Shown piece by piece: positions 13,401 through 23,600 of a DNA stretch of 64,000 nucleotides (its first letter is position 1; each line of letters starts with the position of its first letter). The stretch comes from an uncultured Acidobacteriota bacterium. GTDB taxonomy: Bacteria; Acidobacteriota; Thermoanaerobaculia; Gp7-AA8. Location of the stretch: positions 1,280,001 through 1,344,000 of the forward strand of contig CAWGHO010000003.1 in NCBI GenBank assembly GCA_963822445.1, in the 5' to 3' direction. Made by a program: the position numbers and the translations under genes. Under the pieces are notes generated by a model that saw nothing but the letters and a program-made list of their open reading frames with translations, had not been told where the DNA came from and did no database searches.

Positions 13401-14567
13401 GCCGGTCCCGGTCAGGTTGATGGTTCCGGAGTTGTCGAGCGTCCGGCTGCCGGTGATGCCCAGGTACTTGTGGCTCGAGCCGGGCATGTTCAGCGTGCCG
13501 CCGTTGGGGACGAGGGTCGTGCCGCCGCCGTCCATCGTTCCGGCGTTCCAGGTGATGGTGCCGGTGGAGCCGGTGCTCAGCGTTCCGGTGCCGTTGATGG
13601 TGCCGTTGTCGAAGACGAGCGTCGGCAGAGCGAGGGTCACGCCGTTGGCGATGGTGGCCGTGCCGCCGGCCATGCGCATCGTTCCCGTTCCGGTCCAGTT
13701 CACGCCGGTGTTGAGATTGAAGGTGCCCCCCTGAAACTGGATCGTGCCCGGCGAGGCGGCGTTGAGCGTGCCGGCGATCGTTCCGCCGTTATCGAGACGG
13801 ATCGTTCCGCTCTGCGCGTCGATCGTGCCGCTGCTGCTGAAGACGATCCCGCTGCTGATCACCGTCACACCGGTTGCCGTCGACTTCCGCAGCGTGCCCG
13901 CGTTGGTGAACGTCGGCGTGGCGCCGGTGTAGTGATACAGGCCGGTGTCGGAGGTGTTCTGAATCAATCCGCTGGCCTGGTTGGCGAGCGTGGAGCCGTT
14001 GGCCATGTAGAGCAGGCCGGTGTCGCTCCAGGTGATGATGCCGTTGTTGGTGAGCGTCCGGGTATCGAGATACTTCGTCGACGTGGTGGACAGCGAGGCC
14101 GTGCCGTTGATCGTCAACGCTCCCGATCCGCTGATCCAGCCATTGGTCCAATTGAGCGCTCCATTGACGGTGAGAGCGCCGGCGCCGGTGACGGTGCCGT
14201 TGTTGATGTACAGCGTGGCGCCGGCGTCGACGGTCGATGCCGAGGCGATGGTGAGCGTGACGCCGCTTTTGACTTCGAGGGTCGGGTTATTGGTGAAGGC
14301 GTTGCCGACCGTGACGCTGTTGGCGGTGGCGGCGGTGTCGACGATGAGGTAGTTCGAGGTCTGGTCGGTGACGCCGATCTCGACGTCGTCCGAGGACGTC
14401 GGAACTCCGGCCGGACTCCAGTTCGAAGGCGTATTCCATTTGCCGTCGCCCGAGCCGTTGTTGTTCGTCCAGGTTTTCGTCACCGCAAGTGCCGGTGAAG
14501 ACAGGACTAATGCAAGAAATCCAACGGAGACCGCCCGCGCGGTTGCCCCGCAAAATTGGTAATGCAT
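1482..14567 (-). CDS. Giant secreted surface protein or adhesin C (4361 aa): signal peptide, G/T/N-rich beta-solenoid repeats, DUF11/Ig repeats, FN3-like stalk, shared C-terminal module
   Basis: Uninterrupted 13-kb ORF with signal peptide ...LVLSSPALA. It has 4 repeats carrying E[SA]C[VI]C and 4 repeats carrying YPYLHIY, plus DUF11 motifs (ADLSVAKSGP...VTNNGPS...DPNSGNNSAS). Confidence 0.92.
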   Translation of the reverse strand: MHYQFCGATARAVSVGFLALVLSSPALAVTKTWTNNNGSGDGKWNTPSNWSPAGVPTSSDDVEIGVTDQTSNYLIVDTAATANSVTVGNAFTNNPTLEVKSGVTLTIASASTVDAGATLYINNGTVTGAGALTVNGALNWTNGWISGSGALTINGTASLSTTSTKYLDTRTLTNNGIITWSDTGLLYMANGSTLANQASGLIQNTSDTGLYHYTGATPTFTNAGTLRKSTATGVTVISSGIVFSSSGTIDAQSGTIRLDNGGTIAGTLNAASPGTIQFQGGTFNLNTGVNWTGTGTMRMAGGTATIANGVTLALPTLVFDNGTINGTGTLSTGSTGTITWNAGTMDGGGTTLVPNGGTLNMPGSSHKYLGITGSRTLDNSGTINLTGTGYLYMGDAATFTNQPSGLVHITTNVAGGTESCVCHYSGPGSTFNNAGTLRKSGGSSTGTTYLGNSVTFTNSGTVDLQTGTIRFDFGGSNSGTLDGLAGATYYFSNSTFTLNSGTTLSALPTFRMVAGTLTIATGLTAEMPTLIFDGGTINGAGTLSPGTTGTITWNNGTMDGPGTTLIPAGGTLNMPGTGHKYFGMSAARTLDNYGTINVTGTGYLYLSAASTFTNRAGALYEITASYAGNLESCICFYTGASATFTNAGTFRKTGGSSTGYTQIGSGILFTNASTGTIDLESGSIRFENGGTNHGTLDGIAGTKYVFPGGTFTFNTGSTLTTLSTVQVVGATVTIPTGVTVEMPTLSFDAGTINGGGTLSTGATGTITWNNGTMDGGGTTLIPLGGTLNMPGTSSKYVGYTGSRTLDNSGTINLSSTGYLYLSSGATFINQSTGLFHVTASFAGNIEACVCLYTGSGVSFSNAGTFRKSGGTSTGYTPIGNGVAFTNTGTIDLETGTIRFEGGGSNSGTLDAVTGTSYVFPGGTFTFNSGTALTTQGTVRIAGATVTIPTGVTIPMPTLVFDSGTINGPGTLTSGVAGTITWNGGYMEGGGTTLINSDGTLNLPGTTARMLGYNDARTLDNYGTINISGTGYLYLSTGATFTNRPSAFLNFTLANGSTESCVCHYTGATPTFTNAGTLRKLNGTGISYVAGTMTFANTGTIESQSGTMRIETSGTHSGTFTAVTSATLEFANNTHNLDASSTVNGAGLILFSGNTTNIAGTYAVTGETRAAGGTVNMNAAATTSILEITNGTFNANAAVSVTSQFQQTGGVLGGAGTVTVTGLSTHTWSGGTMTGTGNTVFDTGTTLVMPTTSYTYVTGGRTITNNGTISYGTAANPNYYPYLHIYSDGSKIVNNGSFTLIANESIVNNGTFQNASGGTFTKTGGTGTSDLSVVFHNEGTLTATTGTIALTGSGGTHTGPFNVAAGAGLTFGGGATHSVQATSSITSAGTLTNTGGSTVVNGAYNTSGASATRAIGGTITFNTTVSNDLIEITNGTAIFNAATASSRFSMSGGVLAGTGTVTLSGTVNPLVWSGGTMTGTGTTIFDTGTTISMPTTNYTYLTSGRTLDNKGALTYGTNGNVNYYPYLHIYNDGSTFNNNGSVTLIANESFTNGGTFNNNPGATFAKTAGTGTSDLAVTFNNNGSVNVSSGAIALSGGGGTHGGPFSIAAGSTLLFGGYGTHTVQAASSITSNGTLQQSAGTTVVNGTYSTSGSTTTRVTGGTVTFNTPVSNDLIELTNGTGNFNGATTATRFQMSNGTLGGTGTVTVNGTATTHVWSGGSMTGAGATIFESGTTLSMPSTTYTYLTSGRALTLKGATTYGTTSNPNYYPYLHIYNDGSSLTNHGTFTLVGNESITNGGTFTNTGTGTVTKTGGNSSDLQVTFNNAGTTSVSTGTLAFNGGGGTHTGPFNIGAGTTLQFGGYGAHAIQSASSITNTGGTLLLSGGTTVVDAAYNTSGTTKTKITNGTNTFNVAVTTDEIEITSGIANFNAATNTVLLKMSNGTLGGTGTVTATGTATAHIWSGGSMTGAGTTIFETGTTVSMPSTTYTYITGGRTVTNRGSVQYGTTSNPNTYPYLHIYTDGSQFDNEGTFELLGDEAITNGGPFNNSGMFRKNGRTGTSMMAVTVNNSGTVESQTGTLAFNSYNFTQTAGALKLTGGNVSATQPMSFQGGTVGGTGTITATVNNSGAAVIPGGASAAGTLNITGPYTQSSSGTLDIELGGTTAGSGYDQLVVTGAVTLASDLNISTINSFLPASGNTFQILTFGSRPGNTDFANKNGLNLGFGTNLIPAYSATDLQLTTNTVQADISIAMTATPSTVNTGDSFTYNVSVTNNGGSNASGVAFSASLPANVTFVSASPAICTGAPNLTCTIGNLADQATVNVTITVATSAAGSASMTVSVAASQFDPNGANNTANASATVTANADLSVGVTNTLAPVAGATSDYSIVVTNNGPDTANSVTLAITPSAQLTFSSASGACTNGFPCALGNLTIGQSVTINATWSVSPNATGNAQIAASVSAASPTDLDSSDDTSTATNAIAQEADVAVVKAGPSNVPPESGSTVTYSIAVTNNGPSEASAVTLDDSTPNGLTQLSVTGDCATLPCNLGVMSVGQTSNVQVTYSISGAVGTTYTNTATVSSAADSNTSNDSSSVVTTVSNCPATSITAPGAVNGGSAGNVASVTSVAGATYNWSIGNGTITGGQGTSSITFTAGTSGTVSLGVNVTSGSCVSNPSAVVTINPVHADLSVAKSGPANVSPATASTFTYSIDVTNNGPSVANSVTLSDPTPANLTFVSATGACSAFPCSLGTLTNGQTANVQVTYSFTGGSAYAVTNVATVSSANDPNSGNNSASVVTNVAACPTITITAPTSLEPGAAGTATATSVAGATYSWSITNGTITGGQGTNTINLTAGPSGTVSLNVTATVNSCSSNANTAFPITATTLSVTKTGPTSVSPTNASTITYTINVTNGGASAANSVTLSDPTPADLTFVSATGACTAFPCSLGTLNSGQSASVQATYSFSGGPAYSVTNVATVTSSSDPNPHTASITTAISACPTISITAPTALNPGANGAATATAVSGATYNWSITNGTITGGQGTNNITVTAGSVGTTQLGVNVTAGQCTGSATHQITVTSNQADVAITKSAPANVASAASFTYTLTITNNGPANADAVTVSDILPANVTFVSVSSGLCTSGPNVNCSLGTLAAGASQVITIDVTAPQGPATVTNIATVSTTSADPSNSNDSSSATTSVSAPPAQCPPNEPNLVAPENGANNLTSPVTFDWDPVANATLYELWIGEAGDDLTLAATTANTAFTIELSSGSFNWQVIANGAQSCTPKPSAVRSFTVPQIDTCAGNGVATGLSPDGGSFDSPVTLSWNAVPNAIGYIVRYRLGDEALQDAGPMTTATSLTASFPPGAITFVVDTLFSGCPSTRSTEESFTVEQPATCEGVATLTQPANGISISNGMIEFRWTAVSASSGYRVWLQSGMSAPEVLASTLDTTLTKVIPAGTHTWWVETLFPGCPSRESQRWTFTVLPAQNCDDRGRPALLSPSIDFTTSNATVNFSWTTVANAIEYELYLAPVGGVPTLIVTTPSTSATAEVATGHLEWFVRAIFSGCGATESDHRRFTYEPPPNCTANERAVLHAPSEGERIASPMFLDWNDVAGATSYELYVSHGNAEPELVRTTDESDAPNVQRQLGAGRWFVRTRFAQGCAALDSTESRFVVIPQVAACSQLEAPVISAPGQLSSGVVSLLQWSFVPGATSYSFEISTDPDFAAGSTTTNDTGNARQRAVLFTNRGTEPIAKYVRVRAIDTRCNPSNMGPYSSTALVYILPESTSEGSSPIGDANFVEYTLTLGPELAGEPFTATPTASWITVSPSNGSVPPGGRTLTVVVNTAGLPPGTNIGGVAITTGSSGRTGTTGTTVTKPVSISLVSPVTPTPKNTPPPDALVIPAVANADGIGSHFQSDVRVSNTSAQVMKYQLSFIPSGDAGITAGRQTTFSIEPGRTVALDDILKTWFGTGSTNSVGSLEVRPLTEVAKSTSSAAVGALANIVTFASSRTFNITPNGTFGQYIPAIPFANFVDQSKVLSLQQIAHSSQYRTNLGLVEGSGEPANLLVKVFGSTGAKLTEFEVLLKGGQHTQLNGFLSQHGITSLDDGRVEVSVTSGNGKVTAYASVLDNKTADPLLVSPVTLSDSANTRWVVPGVADLNNGAANWQTDMRVFNAGSTAEQLTLSFYSQNGGAPKVTSMTLQPGEVRQLDKILTGTFGVSQNGGAVHVTSADSARLIATARTYNLTTQGTYGQFIAAVTPAEAVGVGSRPLQLLQVEESPRYRSNIGLAEVTGKPVSLEVSIVPPDAKLTATVQVDLAPNEFRQITSMLAGLGMGDVYNARVTVRAVGGEGRATAYASVIDAKTNDPTYVPAQ

Positions 14568-14616
14568 GAACCCCCCCAGTGGACCGGAAAACTGCCTCGA
14601 TTTGCCGAAGAAACAA

Positions 14617-14638
14617 AGTGTAACGGGAAACGTTCCCG
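14617..14638 (-). promoter_or_regulatory. Putative promoter for giant gene C: -10 TACACT with an adjacent palindrome
   Basis: Minus-strand TACACT at 14622-14617. Inverted repeat CGGGAA-acg-TTCCCG at 14624-14638. Confidence 0.4.
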
Positions 14639-14658
14639 CGCTGTGATTCAGCGCACGA

Positions 14659-14681
14659 GATGGGCCCCTGGCGGGCCCATC
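14659..14681 (-). terminator. GC-rich hairpin just after the stop of giant gene B
   Basis: GATGGGCCC-ctggc-GGGCCCATC, a few nt after TAA. No strong U-tract. Confidence 0.5.
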
Positions 14682-14685
14682 CGGC

Positions 14686-17600
14686 TTACTGTGCAGGGAT
14701 ATACGTCGGATCGTTGGTCTTCAGATCTATGACCGACGCATAGGTGGTGGCGCGCCCCTCGCCGCTGACGGCGCGGACGCTGACACGGGCGTTGTAGATG
14801 TCGCCGACGCCTACTCCGGTCAGCATTGAATTCAGCTGGCGGAACTCGTTCGGTCCGAGATCGACTTGGAGGGTCGCGGTGAACTTCGCGTCCGGCGGAA
14901 CGATCGAAACCTCGAGCGTCACCGGCTTCCCGGTCACCTCGGCGAACCCGATGTTCGACCGGTAACGCGCCGACTCCTCGACCTGCAGGAGCTGCAGCGG
15001 ACGCGATCCGACCGCGACCGACTCCGCGGGCGTCACCGCGGAGATGAACTGGCCGTACGTGCCCTGGGTGGTCTGATTGTAGGTGCGGGCGGTGGCGATG
15101 AGGCGCGACTCGGTCGGCGTGGCGATGTGCAGCGCGCCACCATCCTGCGAGGCGTTGAACAGCGACAGCACGCGATCGAGCTGGCGGACTTCGCCCGCGG
15201 CCAGAGTCATGGTCGTCGTCTTCGGCTCGCCGCCGTTCTGGGAGATGAACGAGAGCGTCACGTCGGTGCTGGTGCTGCCGGCGTTGAAGACGCGGACGTC
15301 GCTCTGCCAGTTGGTGGTGCCGTTGCTGATGTCGGCGACGCCGGGCACGACCCACTTGGTGTTGCCGGTGCTGCTCAAGGTGACCGGCGAGACGAGGAGC
15401 GGATCGGCGGTCTTGTTGTCGAGCACCGAGGCGTACGCGGTGACCTTGCCGTTGCCGCTCGCAACCTGCACTTCGACGCGGCCGTCATCGAGCGAGGTGA
15501 TGCCGTGCTGCGCGAGGACGCCGTTGAGCTGCGTGTGCTGGCCGCCGTTCAGCTTGACCTCGAACTCGGTCAGCTTCTGGCCGGTCGCGCCGAAGACTTT
15601 GACGAGCAAATGCGCCGGTTCACCGGAGGCTTCGACGAAGCCGAGGTTCGTGCGGTACTTGTCGGATTGGGCGATCTGCTGCAGCGACAGGATGGTCGGC
15701 TGCAACGCGTCGGTCGACTTGCCGATGAAGTTCGCGAACGGAATGGCGGGGATGTACTGACCGAAGGTGCCGTTCGGCGTGGCGTTGAACGTGCGCGACG
15801 AGGCGAAGGTAACGAGATTCGCGAGCGCTCCGACCGCGGCGCTCGACGTCGACTTCGCAACTTCGGTCAGCGGACGGACTTCGAGCGAGCCGACGGCGTT
15901 GCTCGTGCCGGTGCCGAACCAGGTCTTGAGGATGTCGTCGAGGGCGACGGTGCGGCCGGGCTCGATGGTGAACGTGGTCTGGCGTCCGGCGGTGATGCCC
16001 GCCTCGCCGGTCGGGACGAAGCTGAGCTGGTACTTCATCAACTGCGCAGAGGTGTTGCTGACGCGCACGTCGGACTGGAAGTGGGAGCCGATACCGTCGG
16101 CATTCGCGACCGCGGGGATGACCAGCGCGTCGGGCGGCGGGGTGTTCTTCGGCGTCGGGGTGACCGGCGTGACGAGGCTGACCCCGAACGGCACGCTGAC
16201 GCTCGTCCCCTCGGTCTTCACCCGTCCCGATTCATTGAGGTTGATCGTGACCGAGCCGAGGCTGGTGCCGGGGGGCAGGCCGGCGGTGTTGGCGGTGACG
16301 GTGAGGATGATGCCGCCGGCCGGAACGACACCCGAGGCTGGAGAAACGCTCAACCATGCCTCGGTGGTGATCGCGGTGAAGGTCTGACCGGCGAGCTCGG
16401 CGCCGAGCGGAAGTGTGTAGGTGATCACGCTGCCGTCGCCGAACTGCGCGGATCCGTCGGACTCGTTGCTCGGGAGGATGAAGATCGCCGAGACGGGACC
16501 GAAAGCGCCGACCGTCGCTGTCGGTGTGCAGCGCGCGTCGAGGGCGCGAACGCGCGCGTAACGCGCCGTCGGCGTGGTGGTGGCCACGACGAGCTCATGT
16601 TCGGTCGCGGTGGTGCTGATGACGCTGGACGGCTCGAAGCTCTCGCTGGTCGAAAGCTGGAGCTGATACGACGTGGCGCCGGCGATCGGCGTCCACTGCA
16701 GGACGAACTCGACGCCGCTGGAGATCTGTCCTGGCGCGGAGACGATCGGCGTGCTCAGCGTGGCGCAGGCGGCCGGCGTCGAAATGATCTCGAGGGTGTG
16801 CTCGATCGAGTCGAGCGGCGCACAGGTTTCGCCGTAGAACGCGCGTACGAACCAGCGGTAGTTTCCGGTGGCCAGGGCGATGTCGTTGGCTTCGGACGCG
16901 GTCGTGTTCGCGATCATGACCGGCGCATCCGTGCCGCGAATCACGTACAGCTCGTAGCGTGAGGCACCGGGATGGTTCCAGTCGAAGTCGACCGGCGCGG
17001 CGATGGAAGCGTCGTCGAGCGGCGCCGAAAGCAGGGCACGGTGATTCTGCTCGCACGCTGCCGGCGGCGTGTAGGTGAAGCGCGCGGACTGCGAGTCGCG
17101 CGTGGGGCAGCGATCGATGAGCGCACGGACGAACCAGGACAGCTCGCCGGGCGGCACGAGATGGACGAGCGACGTCACCGTCGCGGGCGTGGTGGCGATG
17201 AGCGTCGGCGTGCCGTTGTCGAGACCGAGCCAGACTTCGTAGCCGATGGCGTCAGCGACGCCGTTCCAGTCGAGGGTCACGGTCGCGGTGGTGACGTTCT
17301 GCTGATTCACCGGCGAGACGAGTTGGGGCTTGTCGTTGCTGCACTCGTTGCGCGCGGGGATGGTGAAGCGATGGCGCGCGGACTCGGTCGCGGCGCAACC
17401 GTCGTAGAGCGCCTGGACGAACCAGATCACGTCGCCGCGCTCGAAGGTCGTGCGCAGGGAGGTCTCACTGGTCGTCTCTCCGACGACGGCCGGTGCCGCA
17501 CCGTCGACCGAAGCAAACACGCGATACCCATCGGCGGTCGCGGCTTCGGTCCACTGCATCTCGACCGAGGAGGAGTTGATGAGGGTGTTGTTCGCGGGCG

Positions 17601-20600
17601 CGATCAGCGCGACCGAGGTGCGGCCGGCGCAGGGATCGGGCTGCGGAACGGTGAAGGTGATCGCGTCCGAGCGCGTGTTCGGGCAGGCGCTGAAGCGCGC
17701 GTCGACGTAGGCGACGATCGAACCGGGAGGAACAATGGCGCTGAGCGAGAGCGCGCCGTCGGTGCTGCCGATGTTCTGCGCGGCCGTGCCGTCGACTTCG
17801 ATCCAGAGGTTGTAGCCGATGGCGTTGGCGACGGCGTTCCAGGAGAAGAGGACGGGCGAAGTCTGAATCGCTCCTGCCGGCGCGGTGAATTGCGGGCGGC
17901 CGTTGGTCGCGCAGGTGCTCGAGGGCGGGACGGTGAAGGCGTGCTGCGCGGACGTCAGCGGGTTGCAGCCCGAAGCGAGGTTGGCCACGACGTACCAGGA
18001 GCTGACGCCGCTGGGGACCGGGCGGGTGAGTTTCAACGAGGAAGTCGAGCCGGCCAGCGTGGTCGCGCCTTCGGTGGTGATCCAGACGTCGTAGCTGACG
18101 GCGTTCGCCACCGCGCTCCATTCGAACGTCACCGGCGCACTGACCGTCGCACCGTTGGCCGGCGAGAGCAGCGAAGCGGGCGTCGTCGCGCAAACGGGCG
18201 AGGGCAGGGTGATGACGGTCGTTGCCGACGCGGAGTTGTTTGCGCTGTTCGGGTCGGGCGTGACGTTGCCGTTGACCAGGGCGGTGTTGGTGATCGTTCC
18301 TGCCTGCGAGGGGGCCAGCACGAGGAGGCTGATCGTGCTCGACGAGCCCGCGGGCACGTTGCCGCTGCATTTGAACTCGCCCGGCAGCGAGGAGCAGGTC
18401 CAGATGCCGTCGGTGAAGCTGACGACAGTGAGGCCGGCCGGGAGCAGGTCGACGATCGACGCGTTCTGCGACAGGGCCGGACCGTTGTTGACGACGCCGA
18501 TCGTGTAGGTGAACTGCGATCCGGCCTGCACGCTGGCGGGCGCGGACTTGGTGATGGACAGGTCGGCGGCCGCGGGCGTGCTGCTCGCGACTTCGACGGC
18601 GGCGCTGCCGGTGCTGGTGCAGCCGTTCAGGGTGACGTTGACGGTCAGCGTGATCGGGCCGTTCTCACCGGCGGAGAAGGTGATGCTCGAAGTTCCCGCG
18701 CCGGCGCTGATGGTGCCGTTGGTGATCGACCAGGCGTAGGTCGCGCCGGCTTCCGGCGTCACCGAGGCGACGTGGCCGTTGGTCGAGGCGTCGACGGTCG
18801 ACGGCGCGGTGATGACCGAGCTCGGAACGGGAGTGATGGGAATCGTCGCGTTGCCGGTAGAGGTGCAGCTGCCGGTGGTGACGGTGACGCCGAGGACGAC
18901 CTGGGTGGTGATCTGCGCGGTGAAGCTCACCGATGGGCCGTCGCTGGCACCGTTGAAGAAGCCGCCGCTGATGGTCCAGGCGTAGCTCGATCCAGGCTGC
19001 GAGGGAACTGATGCAACGTGGCCGCTCGAGCCGGCGCAGACGCTGGCCGGCGCGGTGATGTTCGCGGTGGGGCTGCTGTTCAGCGTGACCGTGTGCGTGT
19101 CGCTGGCCGGGCAGCCGTTGGCATCCGTGACGTTGACGGTGTAGGTCGTGTCCGCCACAGGCGTGACGGTGATCGTCTGCGAGGTCGCGCCGGTGGACCA
19201 GGAGTAGCTGGCGAAATTCGGACCGGCATCGAGGACCACCGGCGACGCCGGGCAGGTCGAGGTCGGACCGGAGATGACCACGGACGGCGCTGGAGTGACG
19301 GTCACGTTCGTCGCTGCCGACGTCGCGGTGCAACCGTTCGCATCGGTCACGGTGACGCTGAAGTTGCCGGAGGTCGCAACGGTGATCGACGGCGTGGTGG
19401 CGCCGTTGGACCAGAGGTACGACGAACCGGCGCTGGCGGTCAGGGTGACGCTGCCGCCGGGGCAGAACGTGGTTGGGCCGGAAGGCGTGATCGTGGCCGG
19501 CTGGGCCTGAAGCACGGTGACGCTGGTCGGCGACGAGGTGGCGCTGCAACCGCCGGCGTTGGTGACGGTCACGGTGTGCGAGCTGGTGTTGGAAACCGTG
19601 ATCGATTGCGAGGTCGCGCCGTTGGACCAGGCGTAACTGGTCATACCCACCGGAGCGGTGAGGGTGACGCTGCCGCCGGCGCAGAACGTGGTGGGGCCGG
19701 ATGCGGTGATCGTGGCCGTGGGAGGCGGCGTGACGGTGACGTTCGTCGGCGACGAGGTTGCGCTGCAGCCGCTGCCGTCGGTGACGGTGACGCTGAACGA
19801 ACCGGTGGCGTTGACGGTGATCGATTGCGACGTGGCGCCGGTGGACCACAGATAGCTGGTCATCGCCGCGGGCGCGGTAAGGGTCACGCTGCCGCCGGTG
19901 CAGAAGGTGGTCGGACCGGACGAGGTGATGGTGGTGTCGGGCGCGGGATTGACGGTCACCGCAACCGGCGCCGAGGTGGCGGTGCAGCCCGAACCGTCGG
20001 TGACGGTCACGCTGTACGAGCCGGTGGCGTTGACGGTGATCTGCTGCGTGGTCGCGCCGTTCGACCAGAGGTAATCGGTCATGCCTGCGTTCGCGGTCAG
20101 GGTGACGCTGCCGCCCGCGCAGAACGTGGTCGGACCGGAAGCGGTGATGCTCGCGGTCGGCGCGGGATTGACGCCGACGTTCGTCGCAGCCGACGTGGCC
20201 GTGCAGCCGTTGCCGTCGGTGACGGTCACGCTGTACGAGCCGCTGCTGGTGACGTTGATCGATTGCGTGTTGCCGCCGTTCGACCAGGCGTAGGTGGTCA
20301 TGCCCGCCGGTGCGGTGAGGGTGACGCTGCCGCCGGCGCAGAACGTCGTCGGGCCGGACGGAGTGATGGTCGTATCGGGCGGTGCGTTGACGGTGACGAG
20401 GGTCGGAGCGGACGTCGCCGAGCAGCTGTTCGCGTCGGTGATGGTCACCGCGTACGAGCCGGTGTTGGTCACGACGATCGACGGCGTGGTCGCGCCGTTG
20501 GACCAGGCGTAGCTGGTTATGCCCGCGGGCGCGTTCAGTGTGACCTGGCCGCCGGTGCAGAACGTGGTCGGGCCGGACGGGGTGATGGTGGCGTTGGGCG

Positions 20601-23600
20601 GGTTGTTGACGGTGACGACCGTCGGTGCGGACGTGGCCATGCAGCCCGCCGCGTCGGTGACGTCGACGGTCAGAGTCTCGGTCGCGGAGATGACCACGGA
20701 CTGCGTGGTCGCGCCGTTGGACCAGAGCCAGGACGCGCCGTTGTTGGCGTTCAGGGTGACGCTGCCGCCGGTGCAGAAGGTGGTCGGGCCGGAGGGGGTG
20801 ATCGTCGCCGTCGGCGTGGAGACATTGACGGTGAAGACAGTCGTCGCCGTGGGACAGCTCGTGACGAAGACGTCGACCTGAATGCTGAGCGGATTCACGG
20901 TGCCGGCATCGAAGGTGATGCTCGTGCCGTTCGTCGGCGAAGTGATGGTGCCGTTGCCGGCGATGACGGTCCAGGCGTAGGTCGCGCTGGGGACCGCCGG
21001 AATCGAGGCGGTGTGGCCGGTCGTATTCGCGCAGACCGTCGCCGGATAGGTCACGACCGGGTTGGCCGGGCAGCCGACGACGCCGACGGAGACGCTGCTG
21101 CTGTTGTTGCCGCTGTTCGCATCAGGCGTGGTGGTGCTGACCGTGGCCGTGTTGACGACGGTGGTGCCGCTGGCCGGAGCCGTGACGTTGAGAGTGATGT
21201 TCGGAGCCGCGCCGGGTGCCAGCGCGCCCGCGTTGTACGTGCAGGTAATGGTGGTCGTGCCGGTGCAGTTCCAGTTGGTGTCGCTCGGGTCCGCGTTGAG
21301 CGTGACGCCGGCGGGCAGCGTGTCGGTGACGGTGACGTTCGCTGCCGTGCCCGCGCCGATGTTGCTGACGGCGAGCGTGTAGCTGAAGACAGAACTGGTC
21401 GGAACCGTCGCGGCGGAGGCCGTCTTGGAGATGGTCAGGTCCGGCGCCGGCGTGACGGTGAACGTACCGCCGGTGGTGGTGCCGACGGAGTTCGTGATCG
21501 AGATCGCGCCGGTGGTCGCGCCGCTGGGCACGGTCGCGGTGATCGAGCCGTTGCCGTTGACGGTGAAGATCGAGTTGACGCCGTTGAACTTCACGGCGGT
21601 CGAGGAGAAGAAGTTCGAGCCGGTGATGGTCACCGTCGTGCCGACCGGTCCGCTGGTGGGCGTGAAGCCGCTGATGGTCGGCGCCGAGCCGGGGTTGATG
21701 TTGGTCGTGTCGGTGTCGGTGTTGTTCGCCGGGAGGTGATCGCTTTGATCGGCGGTGACCGAAGCGGTCGCGCTGATCTGACCGACCTGCGTGGGGGTGA
21801 CGATGACGGTGATGTTCTTCGAGGTCGACCCCGCGACCTGGGTCCAGGTGCAGGTGAGGGTGCTTCCGCTGAGGCTGCACGCGCCGGCGTCGCTGGTCGT
21901 CGGCGCGGCCGAGACAAAGGTAGTGGTCGGATCGAGGGCCAGGGTCATCACCGGATTGGTGGCCTTCGAGCTCGAGGCGTTGAAGACGGTGATGCTGTAG
22001 GTGACGTTGCCGGCGGCGAGGACGCGCGGATCCGGGCTGTCGGTCATCGTCAGCTGCAGGTTGATCGTGGCGTTGACGGTCGTCGTTTCGCTGCCGCTGT
22101 TGTTGCCCGGCACGTGATCGCCCTGATCGGCGGCCACGGATGCGGTGAGCGTGTTCGTGCCGCCGGCGCCGGGTGTGACGATGAGGGTGACGGACGGCTG
22201 GTTGAAGGCGTTGTGGTTGGCCCAGGTGCAGGTCACGACGCCCGGTGACGACAGCGTGCAGGTGCCGCTCAGAGTGGCGGTCGCGGAAACGAACGTCGAC
22301 GAGGCCGGGAGGTTCAGCGTGAGGACGGCGTTCGTGGCTTTCGAGGTGGAGGCGTTGTAGGTGTTGATGGTGTAGGTGACGTTGCCCTGGCCGAGGGTGA
22401 TGTCGGCAGGGTTGTCGTTGAGGCTCGTGACCTGCAGATCGATCGTCGCGTTGACGGTCGTCGTTTCCGACTCGGAATTGTTCGCGGGAACGTGGTCGCT
22501 CTGATCACTGCTCGCGTAGCTGGCGGTCAGCGTGTTCGTGCCGCCAGCACCGGGCGTGATGATGAGGGTGATCGAGGGCTGGTTGAAGGCGTTGTGCGTG
22601 GCCCAGTTGCAGGTCACGACGCCGGGTGAGGTCAGGCTGCACGTTCCGCTCAGGGTTGCGCTCGCGGAAACGAACGTCGACGAGGCCGGGAGGTTGAGAG
22701 TGAGGGCGGTGTTGGTGGCCTTCGACGACGAGGCGTTGTAGGTGCTGATGCTGTAGGTGACGTTGCCCTGGCCGAGGGTGACGTCGGCGGGGCTGTCGTT
22801 GATGCCATTCATCTGCAGGTCGATGGTGGCGTTGACGGTTGTCGTCTCCGACTCGCTGTTGTTGCCGGGAACGTGATCGCTCTGATCGCTGCTCGCGTAG
22901 CTCGCGGTCAGCGTGTTGGTACCGCCGGCGCCGGGGGTGACGATGAGCGTGACGGACGGCTGGTTGAAGGCGTTATGCGTGGCCCAGTTGCAGGTCACCA
23001 CGCCGGGCGTGGTCTCGCTGCAGGTACCGCTGAGCGTGGCGCTGGCGGAGACGAACGTCGACGAAGCCGGGAGATTGAGGGTGAGCACGGTGTTGGTGGC
23101 CTTCGACGTCGAGGCGTTGTACGTGCTGATGGTGTAGGTGACGTTGCCCTGCCCCAGGGTGATGTCGGCGGGGTTGTCGCTGATGCCATTCATCTGCAGA
23201 TCGATGGTGGCGTTGACGGTCGTGGTCTCGGACTCGCTGTTGTTGCCGGGGAGGTGATCGCTCTGATCGCTGCTGGCGTAGCTCGCGGTGAGCGTGTTCG
23301 TGCCACCCGCGCCAGGCGTCACGATGAGCGTGACCGTAGGCTGGTTGAAAGCGTTGTGGGTGGCCCAGTTGCAGGCGACGACGCCGGGCGTGGTCTCGCT
23401 GCACGTGCCGCTGAGCGTTGCACTCGCGGAAACGAACGTCGAGGAGGCGGGGAGATTGATCGTGAGAACGGTGTTGGTGGCCTTCGAGGTCGAGGCGTTG
23501 TAGGTGCTGATGCTGTACTGGACGTTGCCCTGACCCAGAGTGATGTCAGCCGGGTTGTCGCTGATGCCATTCATCTGCAGGTCGATGGTGGCGTTGACGG

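Noticed and set aside
1482-14567. Classical autotransporter, two-partner or T9SS assignment for the giant proteins
   Set aside because: No C-terminal beta-barrel with a terminal aromatic residue, no recognisable TPS domain or neighbouring TpsB, and no T9SS CTD pattern.
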